Positions 11,590 through 24,234 of a DNA stretch of 64,000 bases are shown here, one piece after another (position 1 is the first letter of the stretch; each line of letters opens with the position of its first letter). The DNA lies in contig CM075995.1 of NCBI GenBank assembly GCA_038087875.1, forward strand, positions 1,986,001-2,050,000, read 5' to 3'. The notes below the pieces were generated by a model. That model was not told where the DNA came from. It made no database searches and was given only the letters and a program-made list of their open reading frames with translations. Position numbers and translations under genes: made by a program. This DNA comes from Malacoraja senta. Taxonomy: Eukaryota.

Positions 11590-12980
11590 AAGATTTACGA
11601 GGATGTTGCCAGGACTAGAGGGTCTGAGCTATTGGGTTGCCTAGGCTGAGACTCTATTCCTTGGAGCACAGAAGGATAAGGGGTGATCTTATTGAGGTGT
11701 ATAAAATCATGAGAGGAATAGATCGGGTAGACGCACAGAGTCTCTTGCCCAGGGTAGGTGAATCGAGTACCAGAGGACATAGGTTTAAGGTGAAGGGGAA
11801 AAGATTTAATAGGAATCTGAGGGGTATGTTTTTCACCCAAAGGGTGATGGGTGTATAGAACAAGCTGCCAGAGGAGGTAGTTGAAACTGGGACTATCCCA
11901 ATGTTTAGGAAACAGTTAAGACAGGTACATGGATAGGACAGGTTTGGAGAGATATGGACCAAACGCGGCCAGGTGCGACTAGCGTAGATGGGACACGTTG
12001 GCCGGTGTGGGCAAGTTGGGCCGAAGGGCCTGTTTCCACACTGTATCACTATGACTCATGTTGTAGAGGTGGAGCTGAGAAATGACTAAAGGATCCAATC
12101 TATAGACGTTGGTGAGGCCATATTTAGAGTACTGTGCTCGGTTCTGGGCACCATGTTATAGGAAAGATGTTATCATCAAGTTGGAAAGGGTGCAGTGAAA
12201 ATTTACAAGGATGTGGCCAGGACTCGAGGGTCTGCGCCATAGGGAGAGGTTGAGCAGGCTAGTAAGCTATTCCATGGAGTGCAGGAGGGTGATCTTATAG
12301 AGGTGTATGAAATCATGTGAGGAATAGATCGGGTAGACGCACAGTCTCTTCCCCAGAGCAGGGGAATCAACAACTAGAGGGCATAGGTTTAAGATGAAGG
12401 GGGAAAGATTTTATAGGACTCTGAGGGGTATCTTTTTCACGCTAAGAGTGGTTGGTGTAAGGAACAAGCTGTTGGAGGAGGTAGTTTAGTTTAGTTTAGT
12501 TTTGAGATACAGCGCAGAAACAGGCCCCTCGGCCCACCGAGCGATACCCGCATATTAACACCATCCTACACACACTAGGGACAATTTACACATACACCAA
12601 GCCAATTAGTCTACAAACCTATACGTCTTTGGAGTTTGGGAGGAAACTGAAGATCTCGGAGAAAACCCACGCGGCCACGGGGAGAACGTACAAACTCCGT
12701 ACAGACAGCACCCGTAGTCGGGATCGAACCCGGGTCTCCGGCGCTGCAAGCGCTGTAAGGCAGCAACTATACCGCTGCGCCACTGTGCCGCCCAATATGA
12801 GGCATTTTGAGGTAGGGACTATCGAAACCTTTAAGAAGCAAACCTTTAACAGGTACACGGATAGGACAGGTTTAGAGGGATGTGGGCCAAACACAGGCAA
12901 GTGGGACCAGTGTAGATGGGACATGTTGGTCGGTGTGGGCAATTTGGCCAAAGGGCCTGTTTACACACTGAGGCTCTATG
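11590..12980 (+). mobile_element. Two tandem CR1/HER1-like 3' fragments, the second interrupted by a SINE
   Basis: The LYSLE/RGDLIEVYK/RGH motif set occurs twice (11590-12055 and 12100-12480). The second copy resumes at ~12805. Confidence 0.85.
12485..12792 (-). mobile_element. HE1-type SINE nested in CR1
   Basis: Full-length reverse copy interrupting a CR1 3' end. Confidence 0.85.
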
Positions 12981-13129
12981 ACTTGGTAATCAAGGGAGAA
13001 TGTTGTTTTGATGGATTGGCTGCTGGATTCGCCTCCCACTGAGAGGTTGGTGGGAGTCAGGAGTGAGTTAGGAAAGAACATTAATTAAAGGCGACACATC
13101 CGAGTGTGCGTTTTTTCTTTAATGCAGAC

Positions 13130-13720
13130 AGCTACAGGAAAGGACCTGCTGAAGTAAACATGAAGTGAACTTCTAGTGGTCAATGGCGATGAAGTGGAAA
13201 TGGTTGAAAGCTTCAAACTCCTTGCCGTTAATATAATCTGTTGTGAACCAACCACATTGAAGCAACAGCCAAGAAGGGTCTCGACCTGAAACATTACCCA
13301 TTCCTTTTCTCCAGAGATGCTGCCTGTCCCACTGAGTTACTCCAGCGTTTTGAGTCTATCAAGGCACATCAACACCTCTATTTCCTTAGGAGACTGATTA
13401 AATTCGGCACCTCAATGACACCCACAAACTTCTACTGATGCAACATAAAAAGCATACAGCTTGGTTTGGGAGCAGCCCTGCCCAAGACTGCAAGAAACGT
13501 AGTAGATGTAGCACAGTTCATCACACAGACCACACTTCCCACCATGGACTCCATCAGGAAACCTCGGAAAAGCAGCCAACACAATCAAAGGATTGTCCCA
13601 CCCTGGTCATTCCTCCTTCTCCCATCCAGCAGAAGGTAAAGAAGCTTGAAAGTGCGCATCACCAGACTCACAAACAGATTCCTCCCCTCTGTTCTTAGGC
13701 TTCTGAATGGTCCTTTGACA
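13130..13720 (+). mobile_element. Old Rex1-like LINE fragment interrupted by a ribozyme-bearing unit
   Basis: GDEVEMVESFKLL, AHQHLYFLRRL and TAWFG remnants, collinear with the C-terminus of the intact Rex1 ORF. Confidence 0.65.
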
Positions 13721-13801
13721 AGCTAAGGTCCAGTGAAAAGCTTTTGTTGCTTGCTAACCAGCCAGCGGAAAGACGATACGTGATTACAATTGAGCCATTT
13801 A

Positions 13802-14363
13802 GGAAAAAAATTAATTCTAAAATTTTGGAAAGGCCCTACGTCCCCCACAATTAAAATGTGGATTATAGAAATGACGGAGACCTTAAACGTGGAAAGAATC
13901 AGATTTTCCCTGTTGGACAAACAGGAATTATTCGTTGGAACATGGTCTCCCTTTATTGATTATTTAAAGGGTCAGAATGGTTCAGCACAGGAACCTGACT
14001 AATACTCGGGCTAAAGAATGGATGAAATGCTATACTCTGAAATGTACGAATATATCTCGAATGAAGTTTTTTATTTTAATACATTTTTCCATTCTTCTTT
14101 AACCATCTTTTTCTTTTGTTTTGTTTTGTTTTTTGTTTTTTGTTTTTTTGTTGTTGTTTTTTTTTCTCTTTTTCTTCTCACTCTTTTCTTTCTTTACTTC
14201 ATCTATCTTTTTAGTTCTATCTAGTTTTAAAAAAAAGGCAAAAGGTATTGGAGACAATGTAATAATAATTGATAATATTATCAATTTAAAAATGTAAGAC
14301 TGTAATGATGTTAATAGGTTGTGTACTTTTCTCCAATAAAAAATATTTTCAAAAAAAACCAAA
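13802..14363 (+). mobile_element. L1/Tx1-like LINE 3' end with a 16-bp TSD
   Basis: ORF end (KKLILKFWK...WIIEM...WSPFIDYL), T-rich 3'UTR, AATAAA and A-tail. Flanked by the direct repeat ACAATTGAGCCATTTA at 13786-13801 and 14364-14379. Confidence 0.85.
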
Positions 14364-14379
14364 ACAATTGAGCCATTTA

Positions 14380-14757
14380 CCGTGTATAGATACACGATAA
14401 GGGAATAACGTTTAGTACAAGGTAAAGGCTGCAAAGTCCGATCAAAGATAGGCCGAGGGTCACCAAAGAGGTAGATAGTAGTTCAGGACTGCTCTCCAGT
14501 TGTGGGAGGATGATTCAGTTGCCTGATAACAGCTGGGAAGAAACTGTCCCTGAATCTGAAGGTGTGCTTTTTCACACTTCCATAGCTTTTACTTGATGGG
14601 AGAGGGGAGAAGAGGGAGTGACCACGGTGGGCCTCATCCTTGATTATGCTGCTGGCCTTGCCGAGGCAGCGTGAGGTATAAATGGAGTCAATGGAAGGGA
14701 GGTTGGTTTGTGTGATGGTCTGGGCTGCGTCCACAATTCGCTGCAATTTCTTGCGGT
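14380..14757 (-). mobile_element. Rex1-like LINE 3' fragment
   Basis: RKKLQRIVDAAQTIT...LFSPLPS...DSFFPAVIRQLN; same family as 47040-47740. Confidence 0.8.
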
Positions 14758-15105
14758 AAACGATGATTATAGTATCATCTGATTGGATAGCATACAAAAC
14801 AAAACCTTTCACTCTGGCTCGGAATACGTGACAATAGTAAACCTAAACTTTAACTACAAATGGCTTTGTACAAGAGTGTTTGACTAGATGAAAAGACAGA
14901 AAATGGGTCATTTATGATGTGTTTTGTCTAAACTTGTCAAGTTACAAAATAAGAAACAGTTAGACAGGTACATGGATAGGACAGTTTTGGAGGGATATGG
15001 ACCAAGCGCAGACAGGTGGGACTAGTGTAGTTGGGACATGTTGGCCGGTGTGGGCAAGTTGGGCTGAAGGGCCTGTTTCCACACAATATCACTCTATGAC
15101 TCTAT

Positions 15106-15363
15106 GATCGCTTCGCCCAACACCTCCACTTAGTTCGTACTAACCAACCTGATCTCCCGGTTGCTCAGCACTTCAACTCCCCCTCCCATTCCCAATCTGA
15201 CCTTTCTGTCCCGGGCCTCCTCCATTGCCAGAGTGAGGCCCAGCGCAAATTGGAGGAACAGAAACAGCAATTCATTAGGTAGTTTACACCCCAGCAGTAT
15301 GAACATTGATTTCTCTAATTTTAGATAGCCCTTGCTTTCTCCCTCCTTCCCCTCTCCCTTCCC
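15106..15363 (+). mobile_element. Penelope-like GIY-YIG endonuclease C-terminal fragment
   Basis: DRFAQHLHLVRTNQPDLPVAQHFNSPSHS...RKLEEQ, then after a frameshift LGSLHPSSMNIDFSNFR*. The RFxEH, VAxHF, LEE and GxN pattern is typical of Penelope endonucleases. Confidence 0.8.
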
Positions 15364-16466
15364 AGCATAAGTAGTACCGGGAAGTCATTCAAACTCATAC
15401 ATCAAAGTCATACATTCACAGCTGCTTATGATATGACATTCATTTTGAGGCCCTACTTTCATTGCATTTTTCTAATAAGGCATGAGCCCTACACGACCAT
15501 TGCAAATCACCTCCCATCTTTTTTTAGTTTAGTTTAGAAATACAATGAAGAAACAGGCCCTTTGGCCCACCAAATCCGCGCCGACCAGCGATCCCGTACA
15601 CTAACACTATCCCATACGCAATAGGGGCAATTTAAATTATACCAAACCAATTAACCTACCAACCTGTACATCTTTGGAGTGTGGGAGGAAACCGGAGATC
15701 GGGAGAAAACCCACTCAGGTCATGTGCCTGGATAGTTTGGTCTACAATGTAGCCATGTTATTTGCCTTGGGTATTCTATATGGTAGGAAGCTCAAGATTC
15801 TGGGGTGATGCTTCACTTGAATTCCCTATTGGAGTTAATACTTCCTTGCTTATGCAGTAGTTCACAATTTGGCCTTACCCACAAGAGGAAATGCAGAACA
15901 TCTACCCTAATCTTAGAAAGTTTTAAAATGTCACAATTCTGGCATCTCGGGTTGAATACTATTTGCATTTATTATAAATGCTTCCCTGATCTTTGCACGT
16001 TAACAGTTTGGAGGCTTCCCATCTGGATTGTAAAGTTGTGAATCTCAGATTCCTCCACAAATATTGACACCTCCCAACATTATGCTCGACGAAGTGTAAC
16101 TCGGGATAAGCAAGCCACCTATAACTTGCAGTTCCGCTCCACTGACGATAACTAATGATATCCTTCATTTGTGTTGGCATCAAAATGGGAATTCTAATCC
16201 CAGGTGCATTCTATCAGAGTTGTCAAGTTCACAGATGATTGGAGTCAGGCCCTCGTAGGTCAAACGTGGCACTGGGACCTTGATTCCCAAAGGTCTGAGT
16301 CTGAAGACTACTGCAAATACATCTTTGTTCTCGTGTTCTCTGTTACTCCAAATCAATTGCAAAGTATAAACAGAAGGAAACATACTGCCGAAACCCTCTG
16401 ACAGCTGTGAACAAGACATTATGCAAGAGAAAGATATACTAAAGGTAAACATAATTGCGTGCCTAC

Positions 16467-16830
16467 AATAGACAATAGACAATAGGTACAGGAGTAGGCC
16501 ATTCGGCCCTTCGAGCCAGCACCACCATTCAATGTGATCATGGCTGATCATCCCCAATCAGTACCCCGTTCCAGCCTTCTCCCCATATCCCCTGACTCCG
16601 CTATTTTTAAGAGCCCTATCTAGCTCTCTCTTGAAAGCATCCAGAGAACCTGCCTCCACCGCCCTCTGAGGCAGAGAATTCCACAGACTCACAACTCTCT
16701 GTGAGAAAAAGTGTTTCCTCGTCTCCGTTCTCAATGGCTTACTGCTTATTCTTAAACTGTGGCCACTGGTTCTGGACTCCCCCAACATCGGGAGCATGTT
16801 TCCTGCCTCTAGCGTGTCCAAACCCTTTAC
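16467..16830 (-). mobile_element. CR1/HER1-like 3' fragment
   Basis: ORF 16558-16842; closely similar to the 2315-2740 copy. Confidence 0.87.
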
Positions 16831-17254
16831 AATACCTTCCATCCATTAAACCCAACTACAATATTTCTTTGTGTTGGAAGGAACTCCAGATGCTGCTTTA
16901 AACCAAAGATAGACACAAAAAAAAAGGAATAAATCAGCGGATCAGACAGCTACCCTGGCGAAAAGGAATAGGTGACGTTTCGAGTCGAGGCCCTTCCACC
17001 AAGGGAGGTTGGTTTGCGTGATGGTCTGGGCTGCATCCACAACTCTGCAATTTCTAGCGATTTTGGATGAAGCTGTTCCCAAACCATGTTGCGATACATG
17101 TCACAGGTCACCAACCTGTGACATTAATTCACTCTTTTCCCTCCAAGGACGCTGCCCAACTGGCTGACCCAGCATTTTCTTTTATTTTGAATTTCTTGTG
17201 AATAAAGGTTCCTGGAACTCTTAGTTCCAGACCTGTATTTGTCCTTTTGTCCTC

Positions 17255-17740
17255 AAGCCCCATATCTGAGGATGGACGTGTTGGCTCTGGGTAGGGTCCA
17301 GAGGAGGTTTACGAGAATAATCCCAGCAATGACCATATGATGAGCGTTTGATGTCGCTGGGCCTGTACTTGTTGGAGTTTAGAAGGATGAAGGGCGGGGC
17401 CTCATTGTAACTTACCAAAAAGTGAACGGCCTGGATAACGTGAATGTGGAGAGGATGTTTCCACTAGTGGGAGAGTCTCAGACCAATGGGCATATCCTCA
17501 GAATAAAAGGATGTACCTTTAGAAAGGAGATGAGGAATTTCTTTTGTCAGAGGATGGTGAATCTGTGGAATTCATTGCCACAGACGGCTGTGGAAACCAA
17601 ATCACTAGATATGTTTAAGGCGGAGATGAACAGATTCTTGATTATTAAGGGTGTCGGGTTATGGGGAGAAGGCAGGAGAATGGGGTTCAGAGGAAAAGAT
17701 AGATCAGCTATGATTGAATAGTGGAATAGACTTGATGGTT
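17255..17740 (+). mobile_element. CR1/HER1-like 3' fragment
   Basis: ORF 17422-17721 (ERMFPLVGES...NLWNSLPQ). Confidence 0.82.
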
Positions 17741-18062
17741 CTGAATTTACGATGGATGGAAGGTACCAAGGCAGGTACCAGGTTACACTGACTGCAATAG
17801 CTTCCTGGGCTCAGGATAATCATGTTTAACCTTTGCTGTTTTCATGGCCCACTTTAAATAAGACCCACACAATGCATTCCTTCACAAATTTTAGGTTGTC
17901 CCTGCAAGGGGACAATGACAGTCTGAGGAAGGGTCTTAAACCTAAAACAACACCTATCCATGTTCTTCAGAGATGCTGCCTGACCTGCTGAGTTACTCCA
18001 GCACTTTGTGTCCTTTTACATCAAATTGATTGGGCTGTGGCATAGTTAAAAATTATCCTAGA

Positions 18063-18333
18063 GGGGCGGCAAGGTGGCGCAGCAGTAGAGTTGCTGCCTT
18101 ACATCCCTCTCCGGATGCTTGTCTGCACGGAGTTTGTACGTTCTCCCTGTGACCTGCGTGGGTTTTCTCTGAGATCTTCCGTTTCCTCCCACGCTCCAAA
18201 GGCGTACAGGTTAATTAGCTTGGTGTAAATGTAAATTGTCCCTAGTGTGTAGGATAGTGTTAATGTGCGGCGATCGCTAGTCAGTAGGCCGAAGGGCCTG
18301 TTTCCATGCTGTATCTCTAAACTAAACTAAACT
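18063..18333 (+). mobile_element. HE1-type SINE
   Basis: Head, body and (actaa)n tail. Confidence 0.82.
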
Positions 18334-20723
18334 AATAAAAGCTTTTGTAACTAAGGCTGAAATACTTAAATGGACGATAACAAGGAATGATCCTCAGAAA
18401 AAAATGATTCAGGGCCCTAACTGCAGATCTGTGGAAAATGTAATGGGGAAAGGTGAAGAATTACATCCTGTGGTCAAATAAATCTATTCTTTATGAAGTA
18501 GTGTTTCCTAAATTTTAAAATATTGAAACATGAAAAGCTTTGTGGACTCAATGTAATTACTAATTGTTGTCATTTCATATAAATCTTATGTTTGCAAAGA
18601 ATTCTTTCAGGTACAGAGAGTTCTGCCAATAATTAATAAAAGAAAAATGTTACTTGTACATTAATCATACCATCTGTATTATTTAATATCTTAACTGATG
18701 TTGAAGGGAGAGAAGCAAAGTTGTACAGCAGATTTTTTTAATGGTCATTTGGAAATGATTTGAAAGAATCATTGTATTTCTGCAGCTCATTCTATACTGA
18801 GGTTTGACGTTGTCAAGACATCTGGATAGATTTTCCATCGTAGGTACTATCCTTCCCCCATCAACAAAGGGATGTTTAGGAGACGTTGCCTCAAAAAGAC
18901 CCACACCACCCTGGCCATGCTCTCATTTCGCTCCTACCATTGGGAAGAAGGTACAGGTGCCTGAAAACAGTGACCACCAGGTTCAAGAACAGAGATGCAA
19001 GGAACTGCAGATGCTGGTTTACCCAAAAGGACACAAAGTGCTGGAGTAACTTAGCGGGTCAGGCAGCATCTCTGGAGAACATGCGTAGATGATGTTTCGG
19101 CTTGGGACACTTCTTCAGACTGGAATCCTCAGAGATGCTACCCGATCCGTTAATTTTCTCCACCACTTTGTGTCCTTTTAGGTTCAATAATAGATTCTTG
19201 TCAACAACCGTCAAGCTGTTGAGCACTACCCAATACTAACTACAGCAACTATGAATTTCTACGGACTACCTTTGGTTGCATTAAAACCTTTTGTTTTACA
19301 TATTGCGGTTATTAATTTATTGATTTTTAAACTCATATATTATGCGTGTGCATTGCATTTACGGCATTTACGGCCCTGTTCAGCTGCTGCAAGTCAGAAT
19401 TTTGATGTTCCATAATATGACAATTAAATACTCTTGATTTGACATTGAGGGAGATGGCAAATGGTCCATGTTTTTGTGGAGAGCAATGGAATTTCCAGAA
19501 GATAGTGATGATCTCTGTTGGATTCATTCACGTGTGTAAGGTTCACCAGTATAGCGTATTGTAGTGCATATTGCTAGTTGTAAAAAATTCTAAGAAATAT
19601 TCAAGGCTCAAAGCCTGCCAGGCCTGCAAGAACAGCAGATTCTTTTCTCAAAGAAGCTAATTTGCCCAATGCGACTGAAGTCCTGATAAGACGATGGTCT
19701 GCCAAGAAAAACAATACTTGGCTCGAGATTTCTGTAAACTGTTTATGATTAATAAAAGAAAAACAACATTTTACATTTGTACATTTGTACTTCAGCCAGT
19801 TGCCCACACTTAATGAGGACTTCATTTTAAGAATTATAATGCAGGATCTATTCCTTCTCATGTGGTAAGGAAAATGAAAATGTAAAATTGAGATATTTTT
19901 CTGCTGAGAATCGTTGAGTCATACGGCAAGGAAAGAGGCCCTTCAGCCACACTTGCCCATGCCGGCCACAATGCCCCATCTATGCCAGTTGCAAATGCCC
20001 ACCTTTAGCCTTTCCTATCAATGTATTTGACCAAATATGTTAAAAAAGTTATTAAACTACCTGCGTCAACTACCTTCTTTAGCAGACCGTTCAATATACC
20101 CTCCGCCCTCTCTGTGAAAAAGTTGCCGCTCGGGTTCCTATTATATCTTTCCCCTCTCACCATCAAACCTATGTCTTCTGTTTCTTGATTCCCTTACTCT
20201 GCGTAAAATACTCTGTGCATTCTTCCTAACATATTCCAATGCTTGGATCAGGAATTCATTTTACTTGAAAGAAGGAATTTGGGTGGTAACGGCTGGTTAG
20301 CCAACCTTCCATACTTCAATCAGTCGTGATTGAATGGCGGAATTGTCCCTGGTGCGTAGGATAGTGCTGATGTACGGCGGTCGCTGGTCGACACGGACTT
20401 GGTGGACACGGACACGGAATTGAAATCCCTTCAATTCAATTTATGATCGAATTGAAGGGAATCTTTCCCTCCTAACTCCATTCTCCTGCCTTCTCCCCAT
20501 AACCCCTGCCATCCGTACTAATCAAGAATCTATCTATCTCTACCGTAAAAATATCCATTGGTATAATGTACTAATGTAATTGGTTGTAATGTAATGTACT
20601 CCTAATAAATAAAAATTAAAAAAATATATATATATCCATTGGTATCCACTTGGCTTCCACAGCCTTCTGTGGCAAAGAATTCCACAGATTCACCACCCTC
20701 TGACTAAAGAAATTCCTCCTCAT

Positions 20724-21512
20724 TTTGGTGGCAAAAACAGGAACGTAGACTCTTATCTGAATGGTGACCGATTAGGAAAAGGGGAGATGCAACGAGACCT
20801 GGATGTCATGGTACACCAGTCATTGAAAGTAGGAATGCAGGTACAGCAGGCAGTGAAGAAAGCAAATGGTATGTTAGCATTCATAGCAAAAGGATTTGAG
20901 TATAAGAGCAGGGAGGTTCTACTGCAGTTGTACAGGGTCTTGGTGAGACCACACCTGGAGTATTGCGTACAGTTTTGGTCTCCTAATCTGAGGAAAGACA
21001 TTCTTGCCATAGAGAGAGTACAGAGAAGGTTCACCAGACTGATTCCTGGGATGGCAGGACTTTCATATGAGGAAAGATTGGATAGACTCGGCTTGTACAC
21101 GTTGGAATTCAGAAGACTGAGGGGGGATCTTATAGAAACTTACAAAATTCTTAAGGGGTTGGACAGGCTAGATGCAGGAAGATTATTCCCGATGTTGGGG
21201 AAGTCCAGAACTAGGGGTCACAGTTTAAGGATAAGAGGGAAGACTTTTAGGACCGAGATGAGGAAATCATTTTTTACACAGAGAGTGGTGAATCTGTGGA
21301 ATTCTCTGCCACAGAAGGTAGTTGAGGCCAGTTCATTGGCTATATTTAAGAGGGTTAGATGTGGCCCTTGTGGCTAAAGGGATCAGGGGGTATGGAGAGA
21401 AGGCAGGGATGGGATACTGAGTTGGATGATCAGCCATGATCATATCAAATAGGTGCAGGCTCAAAGGGCCGAATGGCCTACTCCTGCACCTATTTTCTAT
21501 GTTTCTATGTTT
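20724..21512 (+). mobile_element. CR1/HER1-like LINE 3' fragment
   Basis: The 196-aa ORF 20787-21377 is the CR1 ORF2 C-terminus (LVRPHLEYCVQFWSP, RGHSL, FFTQRVV), followed by a (TTCTATG)n tail. Confidence 0.92.
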
Positions 21513-23552
21513 CTATTAATGTTTAATGTTTTATGTGTCATTCCTAACTGTCACTGTATGTCATGTTGTCACTTGCGAGTGGAGCACCAAGGCAAATTCC
21601 TTGTATGTGAATACTTGGCCAATAAACTTATTCATTCATTCCTAAAGGAACATTCTTTAATTCTGAGGCTATGACCTCCAGTCCGAGGCTCTCCCACTAG
21701 TGGAAACATTCTCTCCACATCCACTCTATCCAAACCTTTCACTATTCTGTATGTTTCAATGAGCTCCACCCTCACTGCCGTCAAACGCTCATCATATGTT
21801 AACCCACTCATTCCTGGGATCATTCTTGTAAGCCTCTGGACCCTCTCCAGAGCCAGCACATCCTTCCTCAGATTGGGTGCCCAAAAGGTCAGGCAACATC
21901 TGTGGAGGAAAATGGATGGACAATGTTTCGGGATGGGACCCTACCTTTCTGTTGGGCTGCTGCAAGTAAGAATTTCATTTTACCATCTGGGACGGATGAC
22001 AATAAAACACTCTTGACTCTTGACTCAGACTGGCACAGAAAGAATATTTGATGGTAGTTCTACCCAATGAAAATATCACATCCCTACAAGGATACACTCT
22101 CAGGCCCCTACTATATATCCCCAAACCACTCTCTTTGATATGTGATACTGCTTATAAAGCATCAGTTATTGTTCAAGTGTTCCTCAAATACATATTGAAT
22201 AATGCTTTTTGGTACCTGCTCCATTTCCTGGCAACTGACTGCCTATCTTCCCACGGTCACCTGCTGAATCAGATCATTTGCAACTGGGCAACTGATCTCC
22301 AGCTTCATGTGCCCCCCACCAATAACTTCCACTTTCATCATACGTGTGTGTCTACCTCAACCTCCCTCAAACCAACCAGAGCTGAAATCTCACCCTGGCA
22401 TTTGTTACTTTAAAATTTGACAATGTTCTCCTGCCTGGTCTCCTATCCTACATCCTCTTTAAATTTCGACTCATCCAAAGGTCTGCTGCCCAACTCACGC
22501 CAGGACACATTCACTCATCAATGCCTATGCTCTGCTCCAAGAGAGGGGACCTCATTGAAACATACCGAATAGTGAAAGGCCCGGATAGAGTGGATGTGGA
22601 GAGGATGCTTCCACGAGTGGGAGAGTCTAGGACCAGAGGCCATAGTCTCAGAATAAAAGGACGTACTTTTTATAAAGGTGAGGAGGAATTTATTTAGTCA
22701 GAGGGTGGTGAATCTGTGTAATTCATTGCCACAGACGGCTGTGGAGGCCATCATTAGGTATTTTTAAGGTGCAGGTTGACAGATTCAATATTAGAGTCAT
22801 ACTAAGATTAGAGTCCTTAGCAAGGGTGTCAGGGGTTATGGGAAGAAGATGGGGTTGAGAGAGAAAGATAGATGTCATGATTGAGCATTATTCTCAACAG
22901 TGAAACTCGTGCATATTTAATCTGCTGTCCTCAGGAAGCCAATTCCTTAAATATTTGAAATAGCTTTTTCAATAGCTCAGTCAGTTTATTTAACAAACAG
23001 CTGAGTCTGATTTTCACATGTCTAGAAAAGAACTGCAGATGCTGGTTTACACCGAAGTTAGACACAAAATGCTGCAGTAACTCAGCGGGTCAGGCAGCAT
23101 CTCTGGAGCGAAGGAATGGGTGACGTTTCGGGTCGAGACCCTTCCTCGGTTTAGTTGTTTAGTTTAGTGTAGAAATCCAGCGCTGAAACAGGCCTGTGGC
23201 CCACTGAATCCACGCCGACCAGCGATCCCTGCACACTAAAGGGCCTATCCCACTTACGTGTCCTTGCCACGCAAATTACGCGACCTCGTGGTCGCGTTGA
23301 GCCGAGACGGTCCCGCGAAGGTCGGGCGCGATTACATGCGTATGCACAGCCGTCTGGAGCTCGTGACGTCATTTGAAGATGGACACAAAGCTGGAGTAAC
23401 TCAGCGGGATCGGCAGCATCTCTGGAGAGAAGCAATGGGTGACGATTCGTGTCGAGACTCTTCTTCAGTCTGAAAAGAAGGGTCTTGACCCAAAACGTCA
23501 CCCATTGCTTCTCTCCAGAGATGCTGCCGGTCCCGCTGAGTTACTCCAGCAT

Positions 23553-24234
23553 TTAAGTATAAGTATAAGTATCCTTTATTGTCATTCAGACCTTTTGGTC
23601 TGAACGAAATTTCATGCCTTGCAGTCATACATATAATAAAATAACAAAAACACACAATAAACACAAATTTAACATCCACCACAGTGAGTTCACCAGGCAC
23701 CTCCTCACTGTGATGGAAGGCAAAAGTCTTAAAGTCTTTGTCTCTTCCCTCCTTGTTCTCCCTCTGCGCTGAGGCGATCCAGGCTTCCGATGTTGTGACC
23801 CCACCGGGTGATGGTAAGTAAGTCAGTCCCGCGGCTGAATCCGAGCTCCGCGAACGGGCCGGTTCAAACTCCGCGGCCCGGGGCGGTCGAAGCTGCCGCC
23901 CTCCAGTCCAGCGGACGAAGCTGTTGCTGCGGGAGCTCCGGAAAAACAGGCCACCAACCTGTGACCTGCGGGCTCCCGACGACGTCGTTCACCAGGCCCG
24001 CGGCCGAGTCTCCGAGGCTCCGAAGTCGGGTCGCCGCCGCCGGAACGCCGCCACAGCCCCGAAGTCGGGCCGCCGCCGGAACTCCGCCACAGCCCCGAAG
24101 TCGGGTCGCCGCCACCGGAACGCCGCCACAGCCCCGAAGTCGGCCAGCCTCGCGTTGGTAAGTCCTGGCTAGCTCTGCCTCCGGAGCCTCGAGGACGGTC
24201 CCAGTTGGAGGCCGCCAGCTCCGCCATTAGGCCT
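23553..24234 (-). mobile_element. GC-rich non-coding retroelement, 5'-truncated, nested in a MITE
   Basis: Has AATAAA and a (TACTTA)n tail on the minus strand. CAGCAT is repeated at both junctions (23547-23552, 24235-24240). Confidence 0.65.
24021..24143. repeat. GC-rich tandem repeat, three units of 36-39 bp
   Basis: Unit cgaagtcgggtcgccgccgccggaacgccgccacagccc repeated three times. Confidence 0.9.

Noticed and set aside
14018..14434. Hydrophobic (Phe-rich) and Lys-rich ORFs
   Set aside because: They are translations of the T-rich 3'UTR of the L1/Tx1-like fragment.
15730..16460. Possible degenerate coding or retroelement sequence
   Set aside because: I could not recognise any motif with enough confidence to call it.
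18650..18720. Possible minus-strand exon (pyrimidine tract + AG, VKILNNTDG, then GT)
   Set aside because: The peptide does not match the expected next CDKAL1 exon, and AT-rich DNA gives such sites by chance.
24021..24143. 36-39-bp repeats resembling a CRISPR array, with repetitive ORFs at 23808-24227
   Set aside because: The units are directly tandem with no unique spacers, lie inside a eukaryotic retroelement, and have no cas genes nearby.
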